Below, one piece after another: positions 40,962 through 56,320 of a stretch of 64,000 bases of DNA (positions within the stretch are counted from its first letter, which is position 1; every line of letters starts with the position of its first letter). Where the stretch lies: assembly GCA_964057225.1 (NCBI GenBank), contig OZ059895.1, forward strand, positions 17,174,001-17,238,000, in the 5' to 3' direction. The stretch comes from Auanema rhodensis. Taxonomy: Eukaryota > Animalia > Nematoda. The notes under the pieces are model-generated. The model was not told the origin of the DNA. It did not search any database and saw only the letters and a list, made by a program, of their open reading frames with translations. Both the position numbers and the translations under genes were made by a program.

Positions 40962-41194
40962 AGTTGGAAGCCGTAGCTGCGGTTAAGAATAACCGGATAA
41001 AAAATAAAAGGCGGGATGAAGGCAATGTATATGAGCCTAGGAAATACAACAAACACCCGCCCCTTTTTCCCAGCACAACCTGGAAGAACGGTAATTATTC
41101 CAGTAAGAGACCATGTAGATCAAAGAGGGAACAGGCACCACGTGGGTGGTATTGTACCGGAACCGGATGTGAATTCCATGAGTTTCTTGGGAAT

Positions 41195-41203
41195 TTTCGC
41201 GCC
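41195..41203. promoter_or_regulatory. E2F (EFL-1/DPL-1)-type site upstream of the nanos-like gene
   Basis: TTTCGCGCC about 235 bp upstream of the ATG; the same 9-mer lies upstream of hmg-1.1. Confidence 0.55.
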
Positions 41204-41561
41204 GGAACTCACCAATTGCTTGTACTTTTAATGTTTTTTGAATAATTAAGAAGAATAAGAGGGGTTCCCCCGACCTCTTCAAAGAAACTCCGCCCTATTA
41301 AATTCACAAAAAAATGCCTATTACCATTATGTGTGGTCCAAAAAAGTTTTTGTCTTTAACTTGAGTTCAGAAGTATTATCAGTTGTGGTTTTGATTTAAT
41401 CATGTTCGTATTAGATTTTTTTAACCTGTTTACATTGAAGTATTGATATAGAAATTATTTTTTAAATTCTCTATCAATAAAAAAATTTATTATTTGATTG
41501 CATAAACGAGTAATACATACTATCAGTGCACTGCATTACATCGAATAAAACATTATCATTG

Positions 41562-43653
41562 TTACCATGGCCAACAGTCTCCTGGGCATGACTGGGGATG
41601 AGTCTCGAATTTTCCAGTATTAACTTCCATAAGTACGGTATAAGCTGTTAACTTGTTCAAGTTACTACGAGATGAAAGAACGTTGTAGATTCCCTAAAGT
41701 TATAGATATTTGAGTTTATTTTGTGCATTGAATATCATCTTCTACCTGGAACCCGGTATTCTTGACGCCCATATATTGCATGCAATGATCACCAGGGGTG
41801 CGACGATCATCGAGATAAAGAGGCTTGAATAAAAAATGTTTTAGATTTCATATTTGTTTGAAAATCATACAATCTCATTACGATCATAGTTAGTTTCTAA
41901 AAGATACCATCCAGATTTGCTATTGGTTCTATCCATGCTGGTAATGAGGTCTGTTCCATTTAAGCTACGTGCAATGATAGCACCCTGCACAATTTTTGTT
42001 AAACAATACGAATATTTGAAAAGAAAAATATAAAAAAGCATTTGAGCAAGCCTTATTTAATTACAAATCACATACTTCATAAGGCTTGGCTCCTCCGAGA
42101 ATGAAGTATACTGGAGCGATAAGAGCTTGGGTTTGAAGGAATTCCTTAGCTTCAGCATAACCTATCAAATTTATTTTTTATATAGAAAGTTGAACTTTAT
42201 GTTGTTATTGACTAAGATCAAATAGCTTACTGTTGCACTTTTCAAGAGCTTCTCTACTCAACCAGGACATGAACTTTCCTTCTGGATAATTTCCAGTGAA
42301 GAACTTATAAAGACCGAGGTAACCTGTGATTTTACACTTGCGGTTTGTTTTGTAAGCTGATCAAATCACCTCCATCTTTCAAAAATCTGTCATTAGCAGT
42401 AATAGTGAATGCTTTTTCCTTGAGTCCGTTGTAAACTCCAACATATCCAGCAAAATTGTTAGTCTTGAAGAGAACCTTGCCTCAAAATCAAAACGTAATC
42501 ATCGAAAATGCTGGTATATGATACCATCTTTAATCCAATTTACATTGACAATCATGTCTCTCAGTTTTTGTGTGATCGGCCATTCGTGCTTAACTGGATC
42601 CCATCCCATTAACAATCCAAAATCAAGATTTCTAAAGTATTTGGACTTTTTCTAAATTTAAAGGCAGAATTCTGACCTAGCATGATAAAGATTTCCCTTA
42701 CTATCTTGAGCAACAATAGAAGTGCAAGCAGTGAAAATTTCATAGAAGATATTGTACACTACGATTTGTCCAAGTGGAACACCAGAAGCTTCCGAGATGG
42801 ACTGAACATGTATATTCATAATTTGGAAAAAACCAGAAAATGAACCTTGATCTCATCTCGGTAAGGTTGTGGAATACCATCTATGAGTTTTGCTCCCATA
42901 TCATCCACAAAATCCAATGCACCAGGGTAAAACGGAGTGACGAGACCAACCAAAACCTAGAGTATATGCTTGGTAGATTGGAACACTTCTGCTATTCGTA
43001 CTCCAATTAAATCAGAAATCTGCTTCTTGTACACGGTAGCGATTTCAACCCAACGTTCATTAGCAGGAGCATCTAAACTGACGTTGTACCTGAAAAGTTG
43101 TCAAACAAATTAATTAAATTAGGAAATTTTGGTTAATATGTTTATAGTGAATATCTAAATTTCTTTACATTTATAATATTTTAGAATAATTTCATCTTGA
43201 AGACCTTTAAGAAATTCTTTTAAAAACAGATGTCTTATATGATTGATAACTCAAGTGATATTTATATTTAATAAATGATTTACAATTCAATGAAAAGAGT
43301 TTCTGATTGCTTTTCATTAATTTATCAAAGGAAACAAAGCGATAAATAATTGAAATTGAAGAGAATTTGCTCGACACGTGGCTGTATCATATCACAATCC
43401 TCTAATCAGTAAAGAATTTATAAACATTCATAATTGTCAATGTGAAGTTTTGGAAATTAATTTTATAAGCAAAGTTTTAAGTTTTTTTCCAAAAACAGTA
43501 AGTAACACACCATTTGAATGCAAACTGATTGTCTGGATTATAACGATTCGTTTTGTTCTCTAAGATACAGTAATCTTCAAAGGGATGAGGTAAATCCACA
43601 TGCTTAGCAAGTGCAACAGCTGCCACAAATAAAAAGAGGAAAACTGATTTCAT
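41562..43653 (-). CDS. asah-1: Acid ceramidase (Ntn hydrolase)
   Basis: Signal peptide [17 protein letters not shown]; [13 protein letters not shown]; [18 protein letters not shown] (catalytic Cys); HARNLDFG; ETNYD; DDRRTPG; ends CWPW*. Confidence 0.93.
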
Positions 43654-46600
43654 GTTTAATCCTAAATTAAGTTACATTCTTGTAACATATAGAACGAGAT
43701 AATCATATTTTAAGAAAACATACTGGTTCAATGTAAAGATTTAACAAATAGGTATCATTTTGAAAAATAGGGGAAATAAGCTAAAAATACGCCTTTCGAA
43801 GAATGAACACAAGTCTCCATGACTTGAAATGAGACCAAGATGCTGATGATAAGAAGATTAGCCACGAAGCATCCTCCGCATTGTATAAGGTGTAAGAAGC
43901 ATAAAAAGTTTAAATGTTCCACATAGATCAAAACATAATTTAGGTACATTCGAATCAAAAACACAACGAAAACTCAACAATGTTCATAATTTGGCTACAA
44001 ATATCATCCAAAGTTAACATAATAATTATTGATGAAGAAGTGATAAAAAAAGAAAAATATAATTCATGCTGATTTTATTGCTTTTAGAAAGTAGTCTTCT
44101 TTGCTTTCAACCTTTGATCAGTTCTTATCAACAAGCAAGATAGCACTGAATATTGCTTTCTAATTAAATAATATATTCTAAATTTCGATATATATATAAA
44201 AGTACGATATTTCAAAGAATTGAATGAACGTGATGTAGAATTTTTGGAAAAATAAAGGTTTCGACGCTCTATTGATAAATTTACATAATTATTTGTAATC
44301 AACTATTGTCATTTCATTTTTAAAATAGGGTGAAGTGGTTGCATATTTAGCAAGGATGTGGATTAGTTTCAGAAATTTAGGTAATATTTGCTTTTAAATA
44401 TTATTTTATTCATATTTTAATTAAACTATAACAATGATACACGACTTTAATGGTTTGAGATATCACACTTACAATATTTATCCTAATTACCCGTTTCTGA
44501 CTATATCGATTATTGGCATAGTAGTTTCTTAAAAATCTGTTTTGTATTCTTCCTTAATATCGATTACTCTCGTAAGATTAGTTTATATGTTCTGTTACTA
44601 TTTATCAGTTGAAGACATTACGATTGGATTATTAACTGAGTTTAGTTAACGTTTTTGTTTTATCCAAGTTTATTTGTTTTTTTTATCCCCATCGAAAGCC
44701 ATTACTTTGAATTCTGACATCAGATGTCTGGAAAGTTCTGCATATGCTATGAATTCGAACCACAGAATTTAATGATTTTTCGCTTATCCAAGTTTCTTAG
44801 CGCTATGAGGTCGCTTCAGTTGTCACTTTCCCTGTTTTGAATAGCCAGTAGGTATCCCTGTATCGTGACGACAACTAGATTCGTCGCGTGCCCGCCATCA
44901 CCCAAATAGATCTTATCTCTTAGTCTTCTTCACTGTTTTCTCTTTATCCTAGACTAACAAGCAACTACGATCTTTTCTTAGTTCATTTATTCCCGCCTCT
45001 TAATTTTTTCCAGAGTGTGCTTTGGGGAAATTTATTTAGATTTTCGAGCTTTTATATCTCTTACTTGTATTATTTTCAGACTACCCAAGCGATCGTCTGA
45101 ATATCTACAATATTTTCTACAACAACATATATTTGTCAGGTATGTCTGAATTAAGCTTCTCATTGTTACGATAACATTTGTACTAACTATGACACCTTTT
45201 TTATATTTTCTAACCCTTTTCTCGCCAGTTTTATTCAATTTGTCATCTGGTACTTTCTTGGCTACTACAGCTGCTTTTTTCGAACGTGGCCTCCTACTAT
45301 ACTGTACTAGTGACTTCCGCCATTCATTTGCTTTTCATTTGTCGGCATTTTTTAATCTCAATAGCTTAGTGTTCTATGGACCATCTAATGACTCATACCA
45401 GCTTTACTTGACTGTGATCTTTTTATATCCTTTGGAACACTTAAGCTGAGGGTTTTCTGATTACCCTATTTACGATAACGAAGATTTCTCGAGAGAAAAA
45501 TATTTCCTTTCTCCAATTTGTTGAGTATAAGATTTACACCTCATTACTCAATTTAAAAAAAGGTTTCTTAGTCAGCATGCAGCTGGAATGGTTTTCAACA
45601 GTATTTTACTCAGCGAAAAAATAATTCAATATTTGTCATGTTGTACTGTAAATGTCGATCTTGCTTGAAAGTTCGATTAAATCTTCAACTATTGATTGCT
45701 GATTCTATGTAAAAGCTTCAAGTTCTGGATACAATATGTGCAGCTTGTTGACATAGCTAATTTTTGCTGAGTTTCTTTTAACTTGAACCTACTGCCTTTT
45801 CAGCTTCTAGCTAACACCTTTTCTTTAACTTATGCTTATCATTTCACAATGAAAAAAATCGAACCCCAGGAGGACTTACGATTAACAATGGGCCAGGAGG
45901 TGTTGGAAGCATTTTGGTTCCCTGTGTGAAGGAATATAAAGGCGGACACATCTGGCACAAATGTGCTCATCCACTTTATCTGGATCTTTTTGCTCTCCCT
46001 GCATCCTGTACTATTTAGATGGTTGCATTATATGTGACAGGAAAAGAATCTCTCCACGTCAGTCTCAGCACCCTCCTTCAGACAAAGCCATCAACCAAAA
46101 TACTTTTCTCTTCTTTTCCTTGTTTCAAAGTTTCGCATATGCGCCATATACTTCCTTTCTTTTCTTCTAGTTGATGCTTGAGTCTCTTCTCTCCTTTCGT
46201 ATTGTTCGCTTTTCGGTTCTTTTTTTAAGCAAGTTTGGTGCAAATGACAGCATTAGGATGTATATAGAGAAAAAAGTTAATTGAAATTTCTAGAATTCTT
46301 TAGGGCCGTCAATAGTCGGCTTTTTACTTGAATCTGTTACAATTTATCCAACTGTCTGGCAATCCGTTGTATACTGTTAATGCGAAGTTGTATTTCTTTT
46401 CAGAAAGATATACGTTTTACAGCGTTTTATATTAGACGATCTAAACATCCGTTGAAGGGACCCTTATTGGCAGGTCTAAAGCTACAGTATACCAAAATCT
46501 AATTAGCCACAGCTCCCATAATAACAACGCATCTCGAGAGTATATTTCGTGAATAAACGCTTATCTGAACTTTACTTTAGTAATTCTCTGAAACTGTTGC

Positions 46601-47111
46601 CGAGAACCGAAACTTTGAAGTAGTTTGAGAAATCTTTTCCATTTATATGTTTTTTTTCGATCAGTTCTAATTACTCTTTAAACGTGGCTCATTCTTTTTC
46701 AGGGAGTTCTGCTTTATAAATTTTGTTTTGTTTTTGACAATTGAATATAAAACACCTGTTCGACTACCGAACCAAAGTTTTTTTGTGCTTGTTCTAGTTT
46801 TCGGGGGACGATATTCTTTCGGTTGCCTTTGTATTGAATCGCTTGGTTAATATATTGTTTGTAATATTCAAGCGCGTGCGTTTGACATGAACATAGAAAT
46901 AGTGAAGTGAATGATTTGTATTAATTTCTCTAGCGATCGACGTTACGTCCAGCTCTTGTTACTCATCTAATTTGCAAAATTTTCAAATGATATTGTTATA
47001 TCCTCTGATTCGGGTTCTTCATTACGTGCTCAACCATACTAATTGAATATTCATACTCTTTGTCTTTAAGCTGAATATATTGCTTATTGATTTTGGCATG
47101 ACCGTATTGCT

Positions 47112-47158
47112 ATATGTATATACACACACATATATATATATATATATATATGTATATA
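47112..47158. repeat. (TA)n/(CA)n microsatellite
   Basis: atatgtatatacacacacatatatatatatatatatatatgtatata. Confidence 0.9.
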
Positions 47159-50100
47159 AAGGATGTATGGTTGGTTAATCAAGAGTTTTCCATTATCTTC
47201 CTTCAAGGCAACATCCCGCTGTTAATGCTCCTTTTTACTTGTGACTTTTTTCCAACAGTTGATTGTTGGTAGATAATTTTTGCTTGTTCACCAACGGCAT
47301 TTTCTAACAGTTACCATACTAGCACCCTGCACTAATAGTATCATTCAATTTGGTAATATACAGGTTTATGTTTCCCATATTAAGCTCATCTCATCGCATA
47401 AAAGGACCCAGCACATCATTTGACGTCGTGGCAGTTAAGTTTGTTCAGCTGCTAAGGGTCCTGGCTACCTCTCGTTCTCTGCACTCCATCTCATAATCAC
47501 GTCTATGCTACCATTCATTGATATAGATTATGATTCTGTACATTGCTTTCACTTTGGTTTTCTCGTAATTTATGGCGACTGTAAACTTCATGCAATCCAA
47601 ATTTATTGAAATTTGTTGTCTCCCTTCCACATTAATTGCAATTTTTCGAGCATCATTGTGATCCTTACTACTTCTATGCATGCAGCTCGGCATTAATAAG
47701 TTTCAAGATTGAATGTCTCTGCTTCTTTTCGGTATATTGAATTGTAAATTTTTAGCATTGATTAGCTTATCATGGCAACTTCTCATTATATATGAATAAG
47801 GTATATCTTGCCATACCAAGCTTACTCCATTTTCCTCGAGCTTTCTTTCGCCGACTAAGCAGCTGCCTGCACTCTTTCTCTATTTCTCCCTGTTCAAAAT
47901 TTACCTTTTCGTAGTTATCCCTAGCTTTCGCTTTTCGATAAAAGCTTGGGCCATCATGATATATTCTAGTATTATTTCTAACTCATATTATTCTTTACTT
48001 TGTAATTTTTCTTTCATACTCGAGGAATCTCCTCTTTTCTTAACTTTCACACTGTTTATCGCAATAGTCTATCATTTTACTTCATGACATGTCAGGCTTA
48101 CAGATTTATATTAAAAAAAAATTTACAAATCATTGATATGACCTCACTTAATATTGTACCACCATAGAATGTACATGATGGTACATGGCCTTTTGACCGT
48201 CGGCTGGGAGCCTCTATCCTTGGCTAAGTGACGCAACATCTGCCATCTGGACTGCTCAAGAAGGGAGGATGGTTTAGTGAAACATGCAAAGATCGATTGA
48301 TATACTATAAGACATCAAGCGCATTCTTATAAACAATTGCGCAGATTAACCAGAAACAGAACTCTAGTGTTACAGTTATGCTCCTTGAACCTTTTTTCGC
48401 AACATAAACTATAAACAAGCACCTACGATCTCAGATTGTTATAAGTTGACCCATTACGACCTTTGTTTCTCTTTTATTTGTGTACTTATTCATAAATATA
48501 AACCTACACATCTAAGTTATCGAAAACTTCATAGTGTCGCATTACGGACTGTGCTCCAATCCATCCCTGTCTTGTATATCCTAGATGAAACAGTTCTATC
48601 ATTACTGCAGTCTTGTCTTCTATATATACTGTATCTTAGCTTTTGCCTATGAATGACGACCTTACATGAAATTGATTGCTATTTCGAATGACGATGTTCT
48701 CGGCTCCATCTGGTCAACCGGTTTTCGCAGGATTATCGGTATAGCTGTGGTCGTCATCTTGGCACTGTATGCATGCGTTGTAAGGTCGTTGCTAAATTTT
48801 TGAATAAACGAATTGAAAGTAGCTGCATGTTTCATAGAGAAGTTGAGCATTTTTAACAAATAAACATTGTTGACAGATTTGTTGAGCTACCGTATTTAGT
48901 CTTATCAGCTATTTTTTATGTTCATAGTTAACTTAGCGCTAATATTTTGTTTTATTCCTTCCGAATAATATTTTTATTGTTGTCGTTCTTACCAATTGTT
49001 CTATAAATGCTAGAAGTATCGTTCAATAGATCTCACAAACGGTAAATTGAGCTGTTTTCAAATTGAAAAAATCAATGGCTCCCCCCCCCCCCCTAAAAAT
49101 AGTGTTTGGTATCCATTATGAATCAGCGACTACCATATTCTTTATTGTTTTCACAAACTCAATTTTATCTCAATTTTATTCCATATCAAGAAAAGTTTCT
49201 TTAATTTTTTTTCTACATTTACATTAGTAATCTACATCACTTTATTTCAACCACATGCATTGTTCTATAGCTTTTCTGTGACAGTTCTTGGGGGGGAGCG
49301 AGGATTGAGATGAGGGAGGAGGTCATTGAGGCGGAGCTTGGGCTCATCCACGCCCATTGGCTAGGCTGAAATGCGAATAAGACCTGGCTGTATACTTTGT
49401 GAAAAGAGTTCGTTATCTTCTAAAACATTGAAACCATTAGATCTCAATACATTTCTCATTTGTGCTTTATGCAAATTCTTAATTATGATACCACTTGCTT
49501 TTTGTTTTTTCTATTCAATCGGAATATTATCAAATACAAACTATATGGTTGTTGGGTTGTTCTGATCATGTGTTATTTCTGTCATTTTTCGTTTATTTAT
49601 TCTCTCAATTTTTATTTTTTGAATTCTCGTAATTTTAAATTATTTATCCAATATTTTCTAAAAATTATTTGTGGAAGTGTTGTTTTTACATGAGTTTCGT
49701 TATTAATTCTACTATACTAAGACTTTACTTCTTGTGAATGTTTGTTTGGCGGGAGTTTCTTGGTTTTAAACCGTTTCAACGATCGGCTTGAGGCAATATC
49801 GCGCCAGTTTTGGTCTTGTACAGTAACTTTGTATCTCGTTGATAATTTCTTTGTTTGTGTTCTTGATGAAGGTAACAGTAAACTTGAGAAAAAGAGAATG
49901 TCTTCTCATCACATCAACCAATATCGTAGCCAGACACATTGAAGACTGATCGTTCAAATAGCTCTTTGTCTTACTGTCCATAGACGTCCATTTCTACGCC
50001 TCAGCCCTCTCCCCTACCTACTGCCCTAACTGTTGGTGACCACCATTTTCCCTACCATCAATCAATCCACAATGTCTATGCACTCTACCTAATCTTATTG

Positions 50101-51017
50101 TTTTTTTCGATCTCATTTCCCATCAGGCACCAAATTCATTTTTTTATGTATACGTATTGACTCTGCTCAATTTACTCAACATTGTTTTTTTCTGTGAAAT
50201 ATTCTATTCGCTGTACTTTCTATTATTCTGTAATTTATTCATTTTTTTCACGGACTGTCGGTTTAAATCTCATTCCAATTTTTTCGATTTTCCTTAAATG
50301 AACTGAAACGACAATACTCCTTGACGACCCTTTTCCTACAGCTCATTAAACATTTCAATGGATGAGCAAGATATTGCTTAGTTCGCGCCTTTTTTTCAAA
50401 ATATCAACACAATTTTTAATGTTTCTCATTGAAATTTTATTGAAATCGTCTTATTTCTATCTATGTGGTGTTAGAAATCTTCTTGTCTTACTGCTAATAA
50501 CTCTTTAAGGGTCTGTTGTTTTCTACTACAGTCGGCTTACTCTTTAATTACAATTTCAATGCTAATTACGGTCCCCTGTGTCCTTTCTTAAATCATTTTT
50601 TTACTGTTGACTGACTAGACTTCAAACCTCTGATTTTAATACTCCTTAAATGAGCTCGAAACTTACTTTCGTAATAGTTTACTTGAAAGGTTTCCGACTA
50701 TAACTTATACAGTAATCTTAAATGATGAAGGGCGCCTGGCGGCGAGAGCAAAATGTTGTTAGATCCGACCTCTATTGACACCCATAGTACTACGTATAGC
50801 CCTTAGTATTTTGTCTTACTGTTCGAGAGGTACTTACGACTTTCATACCGTTTTTTGAGCCGCCTAATCTGCATATTCTGCTTTTTTGTATTGAGCCTTT
50901 TCTTCCCTCAATCTTAATTCTTAATATATTCCTTCAAATCTCTTTATTACTTTATTGTTTTCCTTCTTTTTGAATATTTTCTGAGTATTGCAGATTCGCA
51001 GTAGTGACACCAAGGTG

Positions 51018-54000
51018 ATGTCAGCTCAGTATCCCGACTATTCCACATATGTCGATCCTCTAGCTGTAGGAGCTGGTGGAGATATCTCTGCTACAAACTA
51101 TTGGGGTTTGTTGATGTTATTCTTTATTTATTGATGTTGTCATTTAGCAAATCCTTATCCACCACTCGGATACCAGCCTTCGCTACTTCCTATTCCTAAT
51201 ACTTCTGATGTAAGCGGTGCTTCTCAAGCTGCTGCTGATTATGGAACTTCCGCAGCTTCAGTGGCCGGTTACCCTTCTGGAGTACCTGCTGTATCGTCTA
51301 CTGTATCTTCAGCTACTTCTGTTGCTCCTGCAGGCGATGTCTTAGAATTGGGGAAGGTATCTTTTTAACTCCCTAAATGTATTATTGATAATGACACATT
51401 TCAGTTGCCTCCCGCATATTCTACATCGTCTACTGCTCCAAGTGCAGAAACTCTTTCGGCTATGTATTCACCTTGGGGATATTCTTATATGGTAAGTAAT
51501 GTACATTGGTCGTACGTCTGATTAAGATTGATAACTCATGCCAATAATATCTTCTTCTTTTGATCTCAAACACAACATTATTACTGCTGTCGGCTCAGCA
51601 CAAGTATGATGTCACAAACTACCTTGGGATCAGTACATAAATCCTTATATCCTTGTTTGTACAAATCCGAACACCAAAGCGTCACGTTTGAAGTTACCGC
51701 TGTTCGCATGTACAATGTTGACCAGCCTCTAGATGGTTATCTTATGATTTCGATGACAAATGATGACTATTTAATTTTACTACTCTACAAGTCGATTAAA
51801 AATTGAAATTAGGCTGAACAGTCCTTCAAATCTTTTCAAAATTGCTTCGTAAAATTTCTGAATAATTGTGTTCCTGTTTAGCAACCACCACCACCAACTG
51901 ATGATAAAACGGGTCTAACATCTGCTGCTGGTCCATACCCAGGAATTCTCGGCTATCCAAGCTTCGGACAGACTGCCGATGCTAGTGAACTAGCTTTGGG
52001 ACCGTCATTTTATCCCCAGCAACCTCAGGTGTGTTAAGTTTTTTCTTAATGGGGTGCTATGATTTGAATGACTATTTGAATTACGACTAGACTACAACTG
52101 TCATTCTCTCACTTTCATCATAGTTCGTTGAAGCTAGTGTTGCTGATGCACGGCATGGTGCTTCCCAAGGCCATTCTTTCTTTTGACGAATCTTCTCATT
52201 CTCTATGTCATTCCTTGGTTTGCAAACAAGGCTAAGAGGAATAATGGTCTCAAATCAGTGTGGCCGTCTGAGGAACCTACCCAATCACCTTTTTGCTGAC
52301 AGGGGATTATGATTTACAATCGTCTTTACCAAGGAGCCTTTATCCATAGTGGCTTCGACCGTCCTAGGTTCTCTCTGTTCAGCATAATCTTCAGTGTCGG
52401 CTTTTTTGACAACTGACCTCGATGTGCATCCAGCAGCGAATATGAAGTTGCCTAATAAGGATAGAGCTTTATTCTATGCTCAAACAGTCGGTGTGCTTCT
52501 TTGATGAACAGATGGATACAAGGCCGAAAAGTTGCCGTGAGCATTGCTTTTTTCGTTAGTTTCGCCCACGAAATTGCTATGTTCAAAGAAAAATAGATGT
52601 GTTCCATATATTCAAATTTATTAATTCTCTAAATATGCAAATAATACAGTTTGTGAGCATTTCAAATAAAAATGTTCATAGCAATCAAAGGAAAACGATT
52701 GCTATCTATGTACAAAAGGAAATGGTTTGGTATATTTGTATTCTTTCAATAGCTTTAAAACTGTGTTGTTATCGAAGTAACGTTTTTGAGATTAATGATA
52801 TAAGGGCTTCTGAAGAGAAACATGACTAGATATCCTAAGAAGCTACAGCTGCAATCAGTTGCTGTGGAGTGAGTCTAATTCCTTCCGTGGCAGGGTAGTA
52901 TTGAAGGGCCTGTACATGGCAATCCAAGAAATTGCTACTAGTGGATACAACTGAGGCTACAGAGCCTGGACGTGTTGACCAAGGGGAATCGTTGCTTGAC
53001 ATTGTTTCAGATTCAATACCAGAGTCAGCCTAAAAGTATAAATGTAGGAATAATATGTGATCATTTTTTTTATTACTTCCTCGAGCCATTTCATAGGAGG
53101 CAAAGGAACCTTGTGAGCCATGGGAGAATCAGTGAAACTAGGCCCAGCATAGAAGTTTGTAATTCCTGTACGAGCGAGTTGTTCTCTTAGTCTTGCAGTT
53201 TTTGAAAGGATTGGAACGGGAGATAATGTATGATCAATCTTACAATAGTTACTGAAAATAAGAATATTGAAAGTACGCTAACTATAAGTTCTCCTTACCT
53301 TTTCGAATTACGCTGTTGGCGTGTTAATTTGACAATACGAGAATTCATGATAGGAGAAGAATTAGCAGACATTATTCCAAAGTTTATACTATATAACAGC
53401 TATTAGTTGTTTGTTTGAGAGAACTCTGAAACAATGATGTTTAGAAAAAATGAAGAAGGATAACGGAGCACATAGAGATGACACAATTTGATATATAATA
53501 TATGTATATAGTTAGGTCAAACCGATTGAGTGACCAGATACTTCTCAGCACTTATACTTTCACGAGGGCCGGTGAGGATTTGATTAGATATTAGGATTGC
53601 TCCAGAAAATCAGAGTAAAGAGGAAGAAGAGTTAGAGAATAATATTAAGAGAAGACTAATGGAGGCTGATGAATAGAATGAGGAAAACTCAACATATTTA
53701 AACCAAATCACGTTGTTCACGTGAACAGTTTCATTCAGGCTGTCATGACGTGTAAGTCGGTGGGATAAAATGGGATATTAAACAAGCATGAACATTATGC
53801 TAATTTCAATGTTCAGAATCAGTAGCCTATGAACAAGGTTCAGTGTTTCAAAGGGAATTGATAAAGCCTGAATAGCAGAACAAAGCATCAGTATCCGAAA
53901 AGGATCGGATGTCTTTTGTATTGATAATCGTCAACTCTGACACTTCTTTTGTCTATTCCGCTTTTTCCAACTTTTTTTCAATTGTCTAGTTTGTGGGGTC

Positions 54001-56320
54001 AGACAAACCTTAGGTTATTTCATTGAGTATTCTTATTTCTTTTATTTATGTTTAGTTTTGAATGGATGATGGAGCACCGATTATAGTAATTGGTAATAGG
54101 GGCCAAAGCTAGCTATAGAAAGGACAACTGTAATGAGGATTTTCCTAGGTTACTGTAGTGCCTATTCATAGCTATGCTTTTTTTGAATACTCCTCCTACA
54201 AGAAGGATACAATAGGAATTTTTACAGTTAACATGTACATTGTGAAAAATCTTATTGTCATATATTTTTGTTATTAATGAGTAATAAGATTACGTAAGAT
54301 TTTCATGCAATGTTTAGATAGCAATGAAGATCATTGCAGTTTTAGGAAAACATTTCCTGAATCCTGTATTATTTTTTGTGGAGCTCTGTTGATTTCATCA
54401 ATTCATCCTCAGAAAAACGAGATATTCAATAAAAAAAGGACCATACAGGGGGAAATAATGCAAAGAAGGGGATAAGGTCGGTTGACCATCTGCCAACCAC
54501 TATGCATAGGCCTTAGTCTTCCTCATCTCTCATGTGCTCTATTGTAAATCTGCACGACCTCTTTTCCTTTCGAGGGACCATAAACGATGAAAACAAATTT
54601 TCCTCACCATATCTGTTTTTTTGGGGATCAAAGCTCATTCTTCAATATTTTATTTGGAAGATATTCTAATGTATATTTATTTTCAGGTTGCCTCTGCTTT
54701 AACGGATTCTGGCGCCGGCGCTGTATCCGCACCTCCAACTGATGCCTCAGTCTATGCTCCTTCTCACTGCCTTCCGTCTTCACATTCTCCTTTCGACTAC
54801 AACGGACTACATGGTAGTTCTGCTTCCACTGCTGGTTTATCGTAAGTGGATTTTTAACATTGGAATTCTTTAAGTATTAACTATCTCAGGGCTTCAATGC
54901 CAATAAGACCCAACACTACCAAACGAAAGGCCTCGAAAGGTATTCATGGAGATTCTGATGATGAGGGAAGATCATGTGATGAAAAAGATGTTGACAGACG
55001 ATCAGCCAACAACGCTAGAGAGCGGTAAGTGGATCTAATTCTTGATATGACGCCATCTGATCCAAAGAAGTTTGCTCAAAGGATCACACCATTCATTATC
55101 ATGGATTTTTCAACTCTAATACCTACTTTTTTGAAGTGGCTAGCTACTGCTAATCTACTAATTCTTCCTTTATTTGGTTGTCTTATTAATATGAGCAGTA
55201 GATACTAATTTGCCTAAGTCCTGTTATGATTTAGGTTATGTACATATACATACAGATATGCACAAGCCTCTGCAGACATGATTGCTCTCATTTTGAAGAA
55301 TCATATTTGTATGCTACCTAATCCATCATGTTACCTGTTTGACTTATCTATTGAGAATTACGATTTGTCCAAAATTCCCAATTAACGAATAATCTATTCA
55401 TCTTATGTATTCTCATCGACATGAGAGGGGTCATCCATGCTCTTGAAAACTTATCCAGATTTGTAGGAGAAGTGATGAGGATTAGCAAGTGTATTATCGA
55501 CTCATAGATTTGTATAACTTCTAACTAGTGTCATATCAAATCTTTTTCGATAATTTCCCAAATCAATATGGCTCCGACGTAACCCTGTATTGCCCTACAT
55601 AGTTAATTGAGACGAGATGCTGTCAGCATTATTTTTTGATATGCTAAGATTGTAAATATCATAATGTTCACTAAGTATTAGGGTTAACCAATTTACAACA
55701 GCAGCCTAATTCCTCTATCGTTCCCTCAGTTTACAATATGAAATTACCTGGTTGATCTTATCTAACTCTCAAGGGTTACAAGAAGTTATTACTTGATGTT
55801 CTCACGTATAGATTATGTTGTGCTTACACCCGAATGACATAACATAAGGAGTGCAATAATTACTATGGGAAAATTTGAGCCAAAATCACATAAACTATTT
55901 TTTATAGAGTAATGTAAAGTATATTTTTCCAGGGTTCGTGTTCGTGATATAAACTCAGCGTTCAAAGAGTTGGGTAGAATGTGTGGTCAGCATATGCAAG
56001 GAAATCAAGAAAAAGCACAAACTAAGCTGGGTATTTTGCATCAAGCCGTACAAATTATTACTACTTTAGAAGACCAGGTACAGGTGCTTTTATTTGTTGT
56101 TCCTTGAGTTATAACGTGTTATTTTAGGTTCGTCATCGTAATTTGAACCCAAAAGCTGCCTGCCTGAAACGTCGAAGTGATGATGATGTGAAACTTCAAG
56201 TCCCGTAAGTGGTTTTTCGAACAATGCTTTAACTTATCCGATTTTTACAGTGTAATAGGCGATACCAAGCCGATGATTGATCAACCATTCCAAGCTCAGA
56301 ATATGAATACCTTCCATTAG
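51018..56320 (+). CDS. hlh-2: Class I bHLH E-protein/Daughterless ortholog
   Basis: [10 protein letters not shown]|[48 protein letters not shown]|[16 protein letters not shown]; low-complexity N-terminal exons from MSAQYPDYS. Start codon tentative; large introns. Confidence 0.92.
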
